A DNA stretch of 64,000 nt, taken from Deltaproteobacteria bacterium (GTDB taxonomy: Bacteria > Myxococcota_A > Polyangia > Polyangiales > Ga0077539). Positions 41,956 through 51,093 of this stretch are shown here, piece after piece. The first letter of the stretch is position 1. Each line of letters begins with the position of its first letter. The stretch spans positions 27,996-91,995 of the forward strand of contig CANJUR010000001.1 of NCBI GenBank assembly GCA_947477565.1, read 5' to 3'. The notes under the pieces were generated by a model, which was given only the letters and a program-made list of their open reading frames with translations, did no database searches and had not been told where the DNA came from. Both the position numbers and the translations under genes were made by a program.

Positions 41956-44900
41956 TTAGCGACCGCGTAGGGCTGCGAGCGCTTCGGCACGCACAGTCGA
42001 ATCAGGGTCGTGGTCGCGAACCTGCTGCAGCGTGGTGGTTACCAACGGATCGGTGCGCTCCGCGAGAAGTCGCAGCGCGGCGCGCCGAACCCATGCGTAC
42101 GGATCGCGCAACGCGGCATCGGCCAACGTCGGCGTTGCATCGGGGGAGCGAGCGGCGGACTCCACGGCATGCAACCGATCGGACCAACTCGCGCGACCCT
42201 CAACCCGGGCCAACACGGCGGGTAACGCGCCCGAGGATTCAATCGGCGCAGGCGCCTCGGCGAGGAAGCGGGTGGCGATGAGCCGCAGCGTAGGGTCGTT
42301 CGAGTTGGCGGCCCCGCGAAGGATTGCTCGCCCCGCGGGGTCGGCGGTCTGGCCGATCAACCGCAGCAGTGTGGCATCCGTCGCTCGCGGCGAGATCGGC
42401 CAGGCCGAGACCAGTGTCGGAGCGAGGCCGGCGAGTACGCGAACGCGGGCCGAGCGAACGGCCGATGTGGTGTTCGCGACGGGTTGCGCGACCAGTGGGG
42501 CGAACGCCGCAGGGCCATCGAGGGCGTCCAGAACCACTGCGCGATGTGCCGGATCAGCGAGTGCGACGCGGAGGGCCGACCCCGCGAGCGACTCGTCGCG
42601 GAGGAGCACCGCCACGGCATCCTCGGCGGACGGCGGCAGACGGAGAAGCGAAGCCATCATCATCGGCGCGCTGTGCGCGGAGCCAACGTCGCGCCATGCG
42701 GAACCCTCGAGTAGCGGACGCCCGCGGGCGCTGCGAGCGAGCGCGCTGGTGGCGATGTCGGGAAGGGAGGTTCCGGCTGGGGCGGCGGTGTGGGACGGAA
42801 GGTACACAGCCGCCCACAGCGAGGCGCGAAACGCGGGCAGCGCGAAGGCGAGCGGTCCCTGCGCGGCGAGCGCGGCCCCGCGCGACCATGGTCCCGATGC
42901 GCCGACGGACGAGAGCGTCGCGATCACCTCGGCCCCGGGCGGAGAAAGCGCCGACCAGGCGACGACCGCCGCCGCGCGGACCACACCATCGGGCTCGCGC
43001 GCAATGACCGACGCGAGCAGCGGACGCGCAGACGTCGCGTGGCGAGCGGCCAGGGCGAGCGCAGACATCGCCGCAGCGTCGGCGGAGTCCGTTCGCTCGA
43101 CGGCCGCGCGCAAAGCAGGCTCCACCGACGGCCCCGGGAGGCGACCGAGGGCCCACGCCGCCAGCGTCGCCGCGACGGCGTCGTCCCCGCGAAGCATCGC
43201 AACCAATGGCGGTACCGCGCGCGCATCGGCGCACGCCACTGCCGCGCGTAGCGCCTCAACGCGGGTGGTGCCATCGACGTCCGGATGGGACGCGACCCCC
43301 AGCAGCGACTGCACCGCGTCGGGCGTCTGCAGTGCGCCGAGTAGTTTCACCGCCAACTGCTGACGCTCAACGCCCGGCTCACCGAGCGCGTCGAGCAGTG
43401 GCCGCACCGCGCGCGCAGACAGACGCCGGAGTCGTTGCCGCGCCGCCGTCCCGCGCTCGGTCTCGCCCTCCGCGAGGGCCTCCACGTCCGGGCGCAGCCA
43501 ACCCAGGAAGAGCTCCGTCTGAAGTCGGCGGAGCACCGCGCGGCCCGGCGTCGCAGCGCTGGCAAGCGCAAGATCGCTCGCGAGAGCGTCGGCGTTGTGA
43601 GTCGCGATGGCGACCTGCACCGCGATGCGACCGGCACGCCCGACAAGGTCGTCGTCCGACGAACGACGCACCACGCTGCGAAGCTGATCCACGGCCTCGG
43701 CCGCCTCGCCGCGCGCCAGATAAATGTCCGCGAGACGCAGCGCGCTGCCGAAATCGCGGTCGTTGAGCGAGAGGGCACGGCGGTAGGCGCCGACCGCGCG
43801 ATCCAACTCGCCGCGGGCGCGATAGAGGTCACCCAACTCGCGGTGGCCGGACGCGTCGTCGGGGTTTAGTTCGACAGCGCGCGCCGCGAAGGCCACTGCA
43901 TCGACGTCCCGGTGCAGCGCAAGCGCGTGACGAGCCAGGCGCGGGAATAGCTCTCGGCCGCGACGTGGATCGATGCCGATCACGCGTTGTAGGGCCTCGA
44001 TCGCGCCCGCGAGGTCGCCCCGCTCGGCGCGCACCCGCTCGATCGCCAGCCAGGCGCGCGCGTCCGCGGGGCGCAGTGCCACGACGCGAAGCAGCGCCCG
44101 CTCGAGGTCGGCCTGCCGATGCAGGCGGGCGTAGACCTCCACGAGATCGAGCGCGGACTCCAGTGCCGTCGCATCCGCGGCAAGCGCCGCCTCCAGCCGG
44201 GTGGCCTGGGCAGGGAGAATACCAAGGAGATTCCATAGGTTGGCGACGCGGGCGCGGGCCTCGCCACGGAGATCCGCGTCGACCGTCGGTAACGCGATGA
44301 GCGATCGCCAGGTCACCACCGCACCCGCGAGGTCGCGCGACTGCTCCTGCGCCTGCGCGAGAAGCCGAAGCGCGGCGGCGTCGTCGGGCCGAGACTGCAG
44401 CGCCGCGCGGAAAGATGCGATCGCCTCGGGCAGCAGATCGTGCCGTACGTACACCTCCCCCAGCGCTCGGTGGCCATCGTGCGGCGTGCGCGCCCGATCC
44501 CGGATGCGCTGCCACATCGCTACCGCCCGCGGCCGATCGCCCTGCTCCCAGTACCGCTCGCCCAATGATTCCAGCGCCGACGAATCACCCGGATCGATCT
44601 GCACCACCCGCTCCGTCTCCCGCGTCGCGAGATCGCGCGCCCCGAGGGCCGCTAACGCCTGCGCGACCTGCTCGTGCGCCTCGGCATCGCCGCCCGCGCG
44701 CTGCCCCGCAGTCATCAGCGTCGCAATCGCTTCGGCGCGGCGTCCGGCGCGAGCGAGATCTTCCGCGAGGTCGATGACGTAGCGTACCTCCCGGGGCACC
44801 GCCGCCGCCAGCGACCGTCGCGCCGCCAGGGCCTCGTCAATGCGACCCGCCTGCGTAAGCGACTGCACCAGCGCCACGTGCAGATCGACGTCGCGCGGAC

Positions 44901-45978
44901 GCAGCGCGAGCGCCCGACGCAGCGTACGGACAGCGGCATCCACCTGGCCGAGCGTCCCGTACCGACGCCCGAGGAAGGCCCATCGCTCGGCGGTCGCGCC
45001 AGGAAGGCGTTCGAGCGAGGCGACCCACTCCCCGAGGTCTTGCCGCTGCTCATGGATCTCCGCGAGGGCTTCGTAAACGTCTCGCTCAAGGGCGGGCGAC
45101 GAGGCCGATCCGACGAGCGCCCTGCGCAGCGTGGCCTCCGCCTCCGCGGGACGACCCGCCCGTAGTTGCGCGACACCAAGCTGTCGGAGCACCGCAGGCT
45201 GCACGCGCAAATCACCCGCGAGGGAGCGCGCGACGACCTCGAGTTCGGTCACCGCCTCGGGCCACCGCTGCCGCGCCACGAGGAGGTCTGCCAGCTCACG
45301 TCGCACGGACGCGCTACCGGGCTGAAGCACCGCAAGTTCGTGCTGCACCGCGTGGGCGCGCGGTAGGTCGCCGGACGCCACTGCGAGATCCATCACTACC
45401 CGCAAGATCTCCGCGCGGTCGTCGCGCGACACCGACAGCGCGAGCGCTCGCTCGTACGCAGTGCGCGCTTCAACGGGGTGTTCGAGCTGCCGATGCAATG
45501 CGCCCAGCGATCGCCACGTCGCCGCGCGGGTCGATCGTTCGACCACCGAACGATCGAGCGCCGCGAGGGCCTCCTCGAAGCGCCCAGCGTCGCGCAGAAC
45601 CTCCCCTCGGAGGAGGTCCGCGGTGCCCGGTGCGGCGCCCGCCCGGCGGGCCTCGAGCGTCGCAAGAAGCCCATCCGACGAACCGTCCCGCGCGCGCACC
45701 ATCCGCAGCAGCGTCGGGAGCATCGGGAGGCCCTCCTCGGGATCGCTCATCGCCAGGGCGGTGAGGCGCTCGATCGCAGCATCGCGCGCGGAAGTCCCGG
45801 CGACCGGCGAAGCAGGCGGTGCAGCCAATGGGCGCGACGGGCGCGGGGCAGAAGGAGCGCGGACGCGAGGGCGGACAGGGCTGCGTGGGCCGACGTCCCA
45901 GTCCTGCGCGGCCGCCGGGGCGGCGATCACAACGAGGAGGGAAGCCAGGGTCCAGACACGACGAAGACGGGCACTCAC
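41956..45978 (-). CDS. 1340-aa secreted TPR-repeat (N-terminal two thirds) plus HEAT-repeat (C-terminal third) protein
   Basis: Signal peptide MSARLRRVWTLASLLVVIAAPAAAQ. Dozens of 34-aa TPR-like units (e.g. AHEQVAQALAALGARDLATRETERVVQIDPGD). C-terminal HEAT-like units (ARAVPPLVAMLRGDDAVAATLAAWALGRL; VRRAALRLLAER..). Confidence 0.7.
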   Translation of the reverse strand: MSARLRRVWTLASLLVVIAAPAAAQDWDVGPRSPVRPRVRAPSAPRPSRPLAAPPASPVAGTSARDAAIERLTALAMSDPEEGLPMLPTLLRMVRARDGSSDGLLATLEARRAGAAPGTADLLRGEVLRDAGRFEEALAALDRSVVERSTRAATWRSLGALHRQLEHPVEARTAYERALALSVSRDDRAEILRVVMDLAVASGDLPRAHAVQHELAVLQPGSASVRRELADLLVARQRWPEAVTELEVVARSLAGDLRVQPAVLRQLGVAQLRAGRPAEAEATLRRALVGSASSPALERDVYEALAEIHEQRQDLGEWVASLERLPGATAERWAFLGRRYGTLGQVDAAVRTLRRALALRPRDVDLHVALVQSLTQAGRIDEALAARRSLAAAVPREVRYVIDLAEDLARAGRRAEAIATLMTAGQRAGGDAEAHEQVAQALAALGARDLATRETERVVQIDPGDSSALESLGERYWEQGDRPRAVAMWQRIRDRARTPHDGHRALGEVYVRHDLLPEAIASFRAALQSRPDDAAALRLLAQAQEQSRDLAGAVVTWRSLIALPTVDADLRGEARARVANLWNLLGILPAQATRLEAALAADATALESALDLVEVYARLHRQADLERALLRVVALRPADARAWLAIERVRAERGDLAGAIEALQRVIGIDPRRGRELFPRLARHALALHRDVDAVAFAARAVELNPDDASGHRELGDLYRARGELDRAVGAYRRALSLNDRDFGSALRLADIYLARGEAAEAVDQLRSVVRRSSDDDLVGRAGRIAVQVAIATHNADALASDLALASAATPGRAVLRRLQTELFLGWLRPDVEALAEGETERGTAARQRLRRLSARAVRPLLDALGEPGVERQQLAVKLLGALQTPDAVQSLLGVASHPDVDGTTRVEALRAAVACADARAVPPLVAMLRGDDAVAATLAAWALGRLPGPSVEPALRAAVERTDSADAAAMSALALAARHATSARPLLASVIAREPDGVVRAAAVVAWSALSPPGAEVIATLSSVGASGPWSRGAALAAQGPLAFALPAFRASLWAAVYLPSHTAAPAGTSLPDIATSALARSARGRPLLEGSAWRDVGSAHSAPMMMASLLRLPPSAEDAVAVLLRDESLAGSALRVALADPAHRAVVLDALDGPAAFAPLVAQPVANTTSAVRSARVRVLAGLAPTLVSAWPISPRATDATLLRLIGQTADPAGRAILRGAANSNDPTLRLIATRFLAEAPAPIESSGALPAVLARVEGRASWSDRLHAVESAARSPDATPTLADAALRDPYAWVRRAALRLLAERTDPLVTTTLQQVRDHDPDSTVRAEALAALRGR

Positions 45979-46038
45979 GGGTGCAGTCTAGCGCCCGGCG
46001 CTGGCGATCCACGCGGCTCCAGTGCGAACCTTTCCGCC

Positions 46039-47016
46039 GTGACCGACCTCACCGTCCACCCAACGCCGCTCGTGCTCGCCGAACAGGTCTCCCGCGCCGT
46101 CGGCTGCGACGTCTGGGTCAAGCGCGACGACCAGACCCACCCCCGTTACGGCGGAAACAAGGTGCGCAAGCTGATTCCGCTGCTGGCGGAGGCGCGGGCG
46201 AGCGGGGTGACCCACGTGCTCACCGCGGGCGCCGCCGGGTCGCACCACGTGCTCGCGACGGCCGTGCACGCGGGCGCCCTGGGCCTCCGGGTAGAGGCCG
46301 CCCTGGTGCCGCAGCCCGCTTCCCCCCACGTCGAGGAGATGCTCCGCGCCTCCGCGGCCCAGGCCTCCAGGCTCCACCCGTGCGCCAATTTTCCCGCTGC
46401 GTTGGCCACCCTCGCGCTCCGAGCCCTCGCGCTGCGAGCCCGCGGTGCACATCCACGCATCATCCCGATCGGCGGCAGCAACGCGCTCGGCTCCTCGGGC
46501 TACCTCGACGCGCAGTTCGAGCTCGCTGCGCAACTCACAGCGATGGGCATCCCCCGGCCCGACGTGCAGGTTTGCGCCCTCGGCTCCGGCGGAACGCTCG
46601 CGGGCCTCCTCGCAGGCTGCGCCCTCGTCGGGGACGTCGGCGAGGTCTGGGGCGTCCGCGTCACACCACCCCTCGCGACACCCGCCTGGCGCCTCCGCGC
46701 ACTCGTCCGCGCAACGCTTCGCCTCCGGGGATCGCACCTCGAACCTCCTCCGCTGCGCATCTTCGAGGACGCACTCGGTGGTGGCTACGGCGTACCCACG
46801 GACGATGCCCGCCGGGCCCGTGATCTTTTCGCCCGCGACGACCTGATGCTCGACGACACCTACACCGCCAAGGCCGCCGCCGGGCTGCTCGCCCTCGCCC
46901 GCCGCACGCCACGCCGCTACCTCTTCTGGCAGACCCTTTCGTCTGCGCCTCTCGGTCCCCTCGTCGGGTCGCCGGCGCGCGCGCTCGGCCCAGATCTACG
47001 TTCATTGCTCCGATAA
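46039..47016 (+). CDS. ACC deaminase / D-cysteine desulfhydrase family PLP-dependent enzyme
   Basis: GTG 46039 (VTDLTVHPTPL...). VWVKRDDQTHPRYGGNKVRKL (PLP-Lys block), LTAGAAGSHH, IPIGGSNALG. Confidence 0.75.
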   Translation: MTDLTVHPTPLVLAEQVSRAVGCDVWVKRDDQTHPRYGGNKVRKLIPLLAEARASGVTHVLTAGAAGSHHVLATAVHAGALGLRVEAALVPQPASPHVEEMLRASAAQASRLHPCANFPAALATLALRALALRARGAHPRIIPIGGSNALGSSGYLDAQFELAAQLTAMGIPRPDVQVCALGSGGTLAGLLAGCALVGDVGEVWGVRVTPPLATPAWRLRALVRATLRLRGSHLEPPPLRIFEDALGGGYGVPTDDARRARDLFARDDLMLDDTYTAKAAAGLLALARRTPRRYLFWQTLSSAPLGPLVGSPARALGPDLRSLLR

Positions 47017-47037
47017 TTCTCCCGATCGCAGGGAGAA
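47017..47037 (+). terminator. Candidate stem-loop immediately after the stop codon (7-bp stem, no U-tract)
   Basis: ttctccc-gatcgca-gggagaa begins at the first nt after TAA 47014-47016. Confidence 0.3.
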
Positions 47038-47097
47038 ACCCGCCCGTTCGGCACGGGGCAACGCGACCGCCCGCCCGATCAGACCATCCAACTCGGC

Positions 47098-48246
47098 ATG
47101 CAACCGAGCACCCAGGGGTCGCTTGACACCACGGCGGAGTCCAAGGCTTGTCTCGCGACCGTGATCTCCACCCACCTCGCCGACACCGTCCCGGGGGCTC
47201 TCTCGACGGGCATTTCGGAGCCCGTGGGGGTCTTCTTCGCTGCGGTGCGCGCCCGCGTCGATGCCCGGCTGCGTGAGGTCATCGCGGACTGCGAGGCCTT
47301 CACCCGCGAGGCAGCGCCGGACGCCATCGGCATGGTCGAAGCGGCCCGCGATCTCACCGTTCGCGGAGGCAAGCGCCTGAGGCCCGCGCTGCTCGCGGCG
47401 GCCGTGACGTGCATCGATCCGAGCGCCTACCCCGACGCCGTGACCGATCTCGGCGCCGCCCTCGAACTCCTCCAGACCTACCTCCTCATCCACGACGACT
47501 GGATGGACGACGACCCCGTGCGCCGCGGCGCCCCGTCGGTGCACGTCGCCCTCGCCGCACGCTTCGGCGACCGTCACATCGGTGCGAGCGCAGCCATCCT
47601 CGCAGGCGACCTCATGGGCACCCTCGTGCACGACCTCGTTGGGCGCATCGAGCTTCCCGCACTTCGACGGCGTGCCGTGCTTCGCGCATTCACGCGGATG
47701 GAGCACGAGGTGATTCTCGGTCAGTGCCTCGACGTGACCCACAGCCCGGACACCGACCGGGTGCACCATCTCAAGACCGGAAGCTACACAGTGCGCGGTC
47801 CGCTCGTGCTCGGCCTGGAGGTGGCGGGCGGAGGCGATGACGCGAGGCGCGCCCTCGACGCCTACGGCACGCCACTCGGGGTGGCGTTTCAGCTCCGTGA
47901 CGACATGCTCGGCGCCTTCGGAACCGAAGCCGAGACCGGCAAGCCCGTCGGCGGTGACTTCCGCGAAGGCAAGCACACCGCACTGGTGCAGCACGCGGTC
48001 GCTCACCTCGGAACCGCTGGCGCGGCGGAGCTGGGCTCGCTCCTCGGCCGACGCGACGCCACCGACGCGGAGATCGCCCGCGTACGTTCGCTCATCGAGG
48101 CCTCCGGTGCACGGGAGCAGGTCGAGGCGCGCATCCGTGCGCTGCGCGAGCAGGCTGTCGCGGCGTTGCACACCGACGCCTTGCGTCCGGCAGGCCGCGA
48201 GCTGCTCACCGCGTTCGCTTCGCTCATGACCGAGCGGCGGCAATGA
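47098..48246 (+). CDS. Polyprenyl diphosphate synthase (FPP/GGPP synthase family)
   Basis: First Asp-rich motif LIHDDWMDDDPVRRG, second FQLRDDMLGAFG, GKRLRP and KTGSYTV blocks. Confidence 0.85.
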   Translation: MQPSTQGSLDTTAESKACLATVISTHLADTVPGALSTGISEPVGVFFAAVRARVDARLREVIADCEAFTREAAPDAIGMVEAARDLTVRGGKRLRPALLAAAVTCIDPSAYPDAVTDLGAALELLQTYLLIHDDWMDDDPVRRGAPSVHVALAARFGDRHIGASAAILAGDLMGTLVHDLVGRIELPALRRRAVLRAFTRMEHEVILGQCLDVTHSPDTDRVHHLKTGSYTVRGPLVLGLEVAGGGDDARRALDAYGTPLGVAFQLRDDMLGAFGTEAETGKPVGGDFREGKHTALVQHAVAHLGTAGAAELGSLLGRRDATDAEIARVRSLIEASGAREQVEARIRALREQAVAALHTDALRPAGRELLTAFASLMTERRQ

Positions 48247-49139
48247 CATCGACCGCGCACGGGAAGGTCATCCTCCTCGGCGAGCACGCGGTGGTGTTTG
48301 GCGCCGACGCCCTGGCCGCGTCGCTCTCCCCAGGGGTCGAATGCATTGCGCGGCCCTCCCCCGGCGGGACGGTGCTCGCCGTCGCCCCGTGGGGGGTGTC
48401 ATTTCGTCCCGATGATGGCTCCGAACTCGGGCGCGCCGTCGGTGACCTCTGCGCCGCAATGGGCGTCCGAGACGCGGCGCTCGCGCTTACCCTCCACCTC
48501 CCCGGCGGCGGCGGGCTGGGATCGTCCGCGGCCATGGGCGTGGCCTGCGCGCGCGCCCTCGCCGAGATGCACGGACGCACCCTCCGCGACGACGAGTTGC
48601 TCGCCTTTGCGCTCGGCTGGGAGAAGGTCTTTCACGGCAACCCTTCGGGGGTGGATCACACCCTCGCGGCGCTCGGGGGAATAGGGCTCTTCAACCGGGC
48701 CACGGGGCTGCGACGCGTCCCGATGCGCGGGGCGCTGCGGTTGTGCATTGGGGACAGCGGCGAGCGGGCCTCGACGCGGGAGATGGTCCATCGCGTGGCT
48801 CGCCTGCGAGAGCGCCTCCCGGCCGCGACCGACCAAACCATCGAGTCCATCGGAGCGGTCGCGCGCGACGGGGCGCTCGCACTCCAGGAAGGCGACGCGA
48901 AGTCCCTCGGAAACTTCATGAACCTCAACCAAAACCTCCTCGCCGCCCTGCTGGTCTCCAACGAGCGGCTGGAAGACCTCTGCGCGGCAGCGCGGGCGGC
49001 GGGCGCCCTCGGGGCGAAGCTCACCGGCGCGGGGGGCGGCGGTTGCGTGATTGCGCTGGCCCCCGGCCGCGAAGACGATGTACTTGCCGCGTGGCGGGCA
49101 GCAGGGGTCGATGGGCGGGTGGTGGAGGTGGGACGGTGA
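48243..49139 (+). CDS. mvk: Mevalonate kinase
   Basis: GKVILLGEHAVVFG, GHMP motif PGGGGLGSSAA, KLTGAGGGGCVIAL. ATGA overlap with the synthase gene. Confidence 0.9.
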   Translation: MTSTAHGKVILLGEHAVVFGADALAASLSPGVECIARPSPGGTVLAVAPWGVSFRPDDGSELGRAVGDLCAAMGVRDAALALTLHLPGGGGLGSSAAMGVACARALAEMHGRTLRDDELLAFALGWEKVFHGNPSGVDHTLAALGGIGLFNRATGLRRVPMRGALRLCIGDSGERASTREMVHRVARLRERLPAATDQTIESIGAVARDGALALQEGDAKSLGNFMNLNQNLLAALLVSNERLEDLCAAARAAGALGAKLTGAGGGGCVIALAPGREDDVLAAWRAAGVDGRVVEVGR

Positions 49140-50125
49140 CGGAGTTCTTCGCGCGAGCGCGCGCCAACATCGCGCTCAGTAAGTACTGGGGGAAGGCCGA
49201 TCGGGCGCTCAATCTACCGGCGGTTCCGAGCCTCTCGCTCACCCTCGACGACCTCGTGACGGAGACCACAGTGGCGCGCGACGCCTCCCTCGCGCACGAC
49301 CACATCGAGCTCGACGGAGTGCTCCGCGCCGGCGACGAGGCCGGCACCCTCAGCGCCTTCCTCGCGCTGGTACGTGCACGCGCCGGGGTGCCCGAAGGGG
49401 CACCGGGGACCTTCCTCCGCGTCCGTTCGCACAACCGTTTTCCGACTGCCTCGGGCCTCGCGTCGAGTGCCTCGGGCTACGCCGCCCTCGCTGCAGCCGC
49501 CACCGCGGCGTACGGTCTCGCGCTCGATGACCTGGCCCTCTCGGCGCTCGCCCGGCGGGGCAGCGCTTCGGCCGCGCGCAGCGTGTTTGGCGGCTGGGTA
49601 GAGCTGCCCGCGGGCACTCCGGGCGACGACACCACCGGCGCGCGCCCGCTCTTCGCGCCCGACCACTGGGACGTCGCCATGGTGCTCGCCCTCGTCGACC
49701 GCGGACCCAAAGACATCGCCTCCCGCGACGGCATGCGCCGCACCGCGGAGACCTCCCCCTACTACGCCGCATGGCTCGCCACTGCGCCGCTGCTTCACGC
49801 CCGCGTCCGCGCCGCGGTGACCTCCCGCGACCTCGAGGCCACCGGCGACGCGATGGAGGCCAGCACCATGGCGATGCACGCCAGCGCGTGGGCCGCGCAA
49901 CCCGCCGTGCGCTACGCCCGCGGAGTGACCCTCGACGTTCTCGATGCCGTGCGCGCCCTGCGCCGGGAGGGCGTCGGGGCGTGGGCGACCATGGACGCCG
50001 GTCCGCACGTGAAGGTGCTCTGCGCCGTCGGCGAGGCAGAATCCGTCGCGGCGCGCCTCCGAACGACGCCCGGCGTGCTGGAGTCGCGCATCGCGCGGCC
50101 CGGTGCGGGCATCGAACGTCCGTGA
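49136..50125 (+). CDS. mvaD: Diphosphomevalonate decarboxylase
   Basis: GTG 49136; ARANIALSKYWGKADRALNLPAVPSLSLTL, FPTASGLASSASG, TMDAGPHVKV. GTGA overlap with mvk. Confidence 0.9.
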   Translation: MTEFFARARANIALSKYWGKADRALNLPAVPSLSLTLDDLVTETTVARDASLAHDHIELDGVLRAGDEAGTLSAFLALVRARAGVPEGAPGTFLRVRSHNRFPTASGLASSASGYAALAAAATAAYGLALDDLALSALARRGSASAARSVFGGWVELPAGTPGDDTTGARPLFAPDHWDVAMVLALVDRGPKDIASRDGMRRTAETSPYYAAWLATAPLLHARVRAAVTSRDLEATGDAMEASTMAMHASAWAAQPAVRYARGVTLDVLDAVRALRREGVGAWATMDAGPHVKVLCAVGEAESVAARLRTTPGVLESRIARPGAGIERP

Positions 50126-51093
50126 TCGTCAGCGCTCCGGGAAAACTCATGCTCGCGGGGGAGTACGCCGTCCTCGACGGTGGCGACGCCTGGTGCCTCG
50201 CCGTCAACCGCCGCGCCCGGGTCGATGCCGCGCCCGCCCCTGAGGCGTTTACTCCTCCCGAAGCGCGGCAGGCGTGGGCGCGCGCGGTCGCCAGCGGGCT
50301 CCTTCGAGAGATGCCCACCGACGGTGCCGCCCGATTCGACCTGAGCGCCCTCGGCGGCGGCGGACGGAAGCTCGGCCTCGGCAGCAGCGCCGCAGGCGCC
50401 GTCGCCGGGCTCGGATGGGCCGTGGCGCAAGAGCGTGGGGCGGCGGCGCTGCGAGATTTGATCCCGCAGATGGCGCAGTGCGCGCGAGAGGGCCACCGCG
50501 CGGCGCAGGGCGGCGGCAGCGGCGTCGATGTGCTCACCGCCGCATACGGCGGCCTCGTGTGGGTGCGCTTCCCGGAGGGCCCCGGTGGGGTTCCTGCGGT
50601 GGAGCGGCACGCGCTGCCGGAGTCACTGGTGTGGCGGGTGTTCTGGTCGGGGACGGCCGTGCGTACGTCGGAGATGATCGCGCGGGTGGAGGCCCTCCGC
50701 GCGGCGGATGCGAGCGCCCATCGCGGGGTGATGGACGCCATCAACGCAGGGACGACGGACTTCGGGCGCGCGGTGTCGTCGGGAAATGCGGCGGCGGTGG
50801 TGGCGGCCGCGCGGGCGATCGGCGCGGCGATGGCGGCGCTCGGAACGCGAGCGTCGGCGCCGGTGGTCACCCCTCCGATGGCGCGGCTCGCGGCGCGCGC
50901 AGAGCAGTTCGGGGCCGCGGTGAAGCCGTCCGGCGCGGGAGGCGGAGACGTGGTGGTGGCCTTCGCGCAGGATGCGTCGGCGATGGACGCGGTGCGCGCC
51001 GCCGCGATCATCGAAGGATTCGAGGAGGTCGATCTCGCCGCGGACGGCGACGGGGTCGTCGCAACAGACACACGAAACGGGTGGGTGGCATGA
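50122..51093 (+). CDS. mvaK2: Phosphomevalonate kinase
   Basis: GTG 50122; SAPGKLMLAGEYAVLDGG, KLGLGSSAA, KPSGAGGGDV. GTGA overlap with mvaD. Confidence 0.85.
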   Translation: MIVSAPGKLMLAGEYAVLDGGDAWCLAVNRRARVDAAPAPEAFTPPEARQAWARAVASGLLREMPTDGAARFDLSALGGGGRKLGLGSSAAGAVAGLGWAVAQERGAAALRDLIPQMAQCAREGHRAAQGGGSGVDVLTAAYGGLVWVRFPEGPGGVPAVERHALPESLVWRVFWSGTAVRTSEMIARVEALRAADASAHRGVMDAINAGTTDFGRAVSSGNAAAVVAAARAIGAAMAALGTRASAPVVTPPMARLAARAEQFGAAVKPSGAGGGDVVVAFAQDASAMDAVRAAAIIEGFEEVDLAADGDGVVATDTRNGWVA

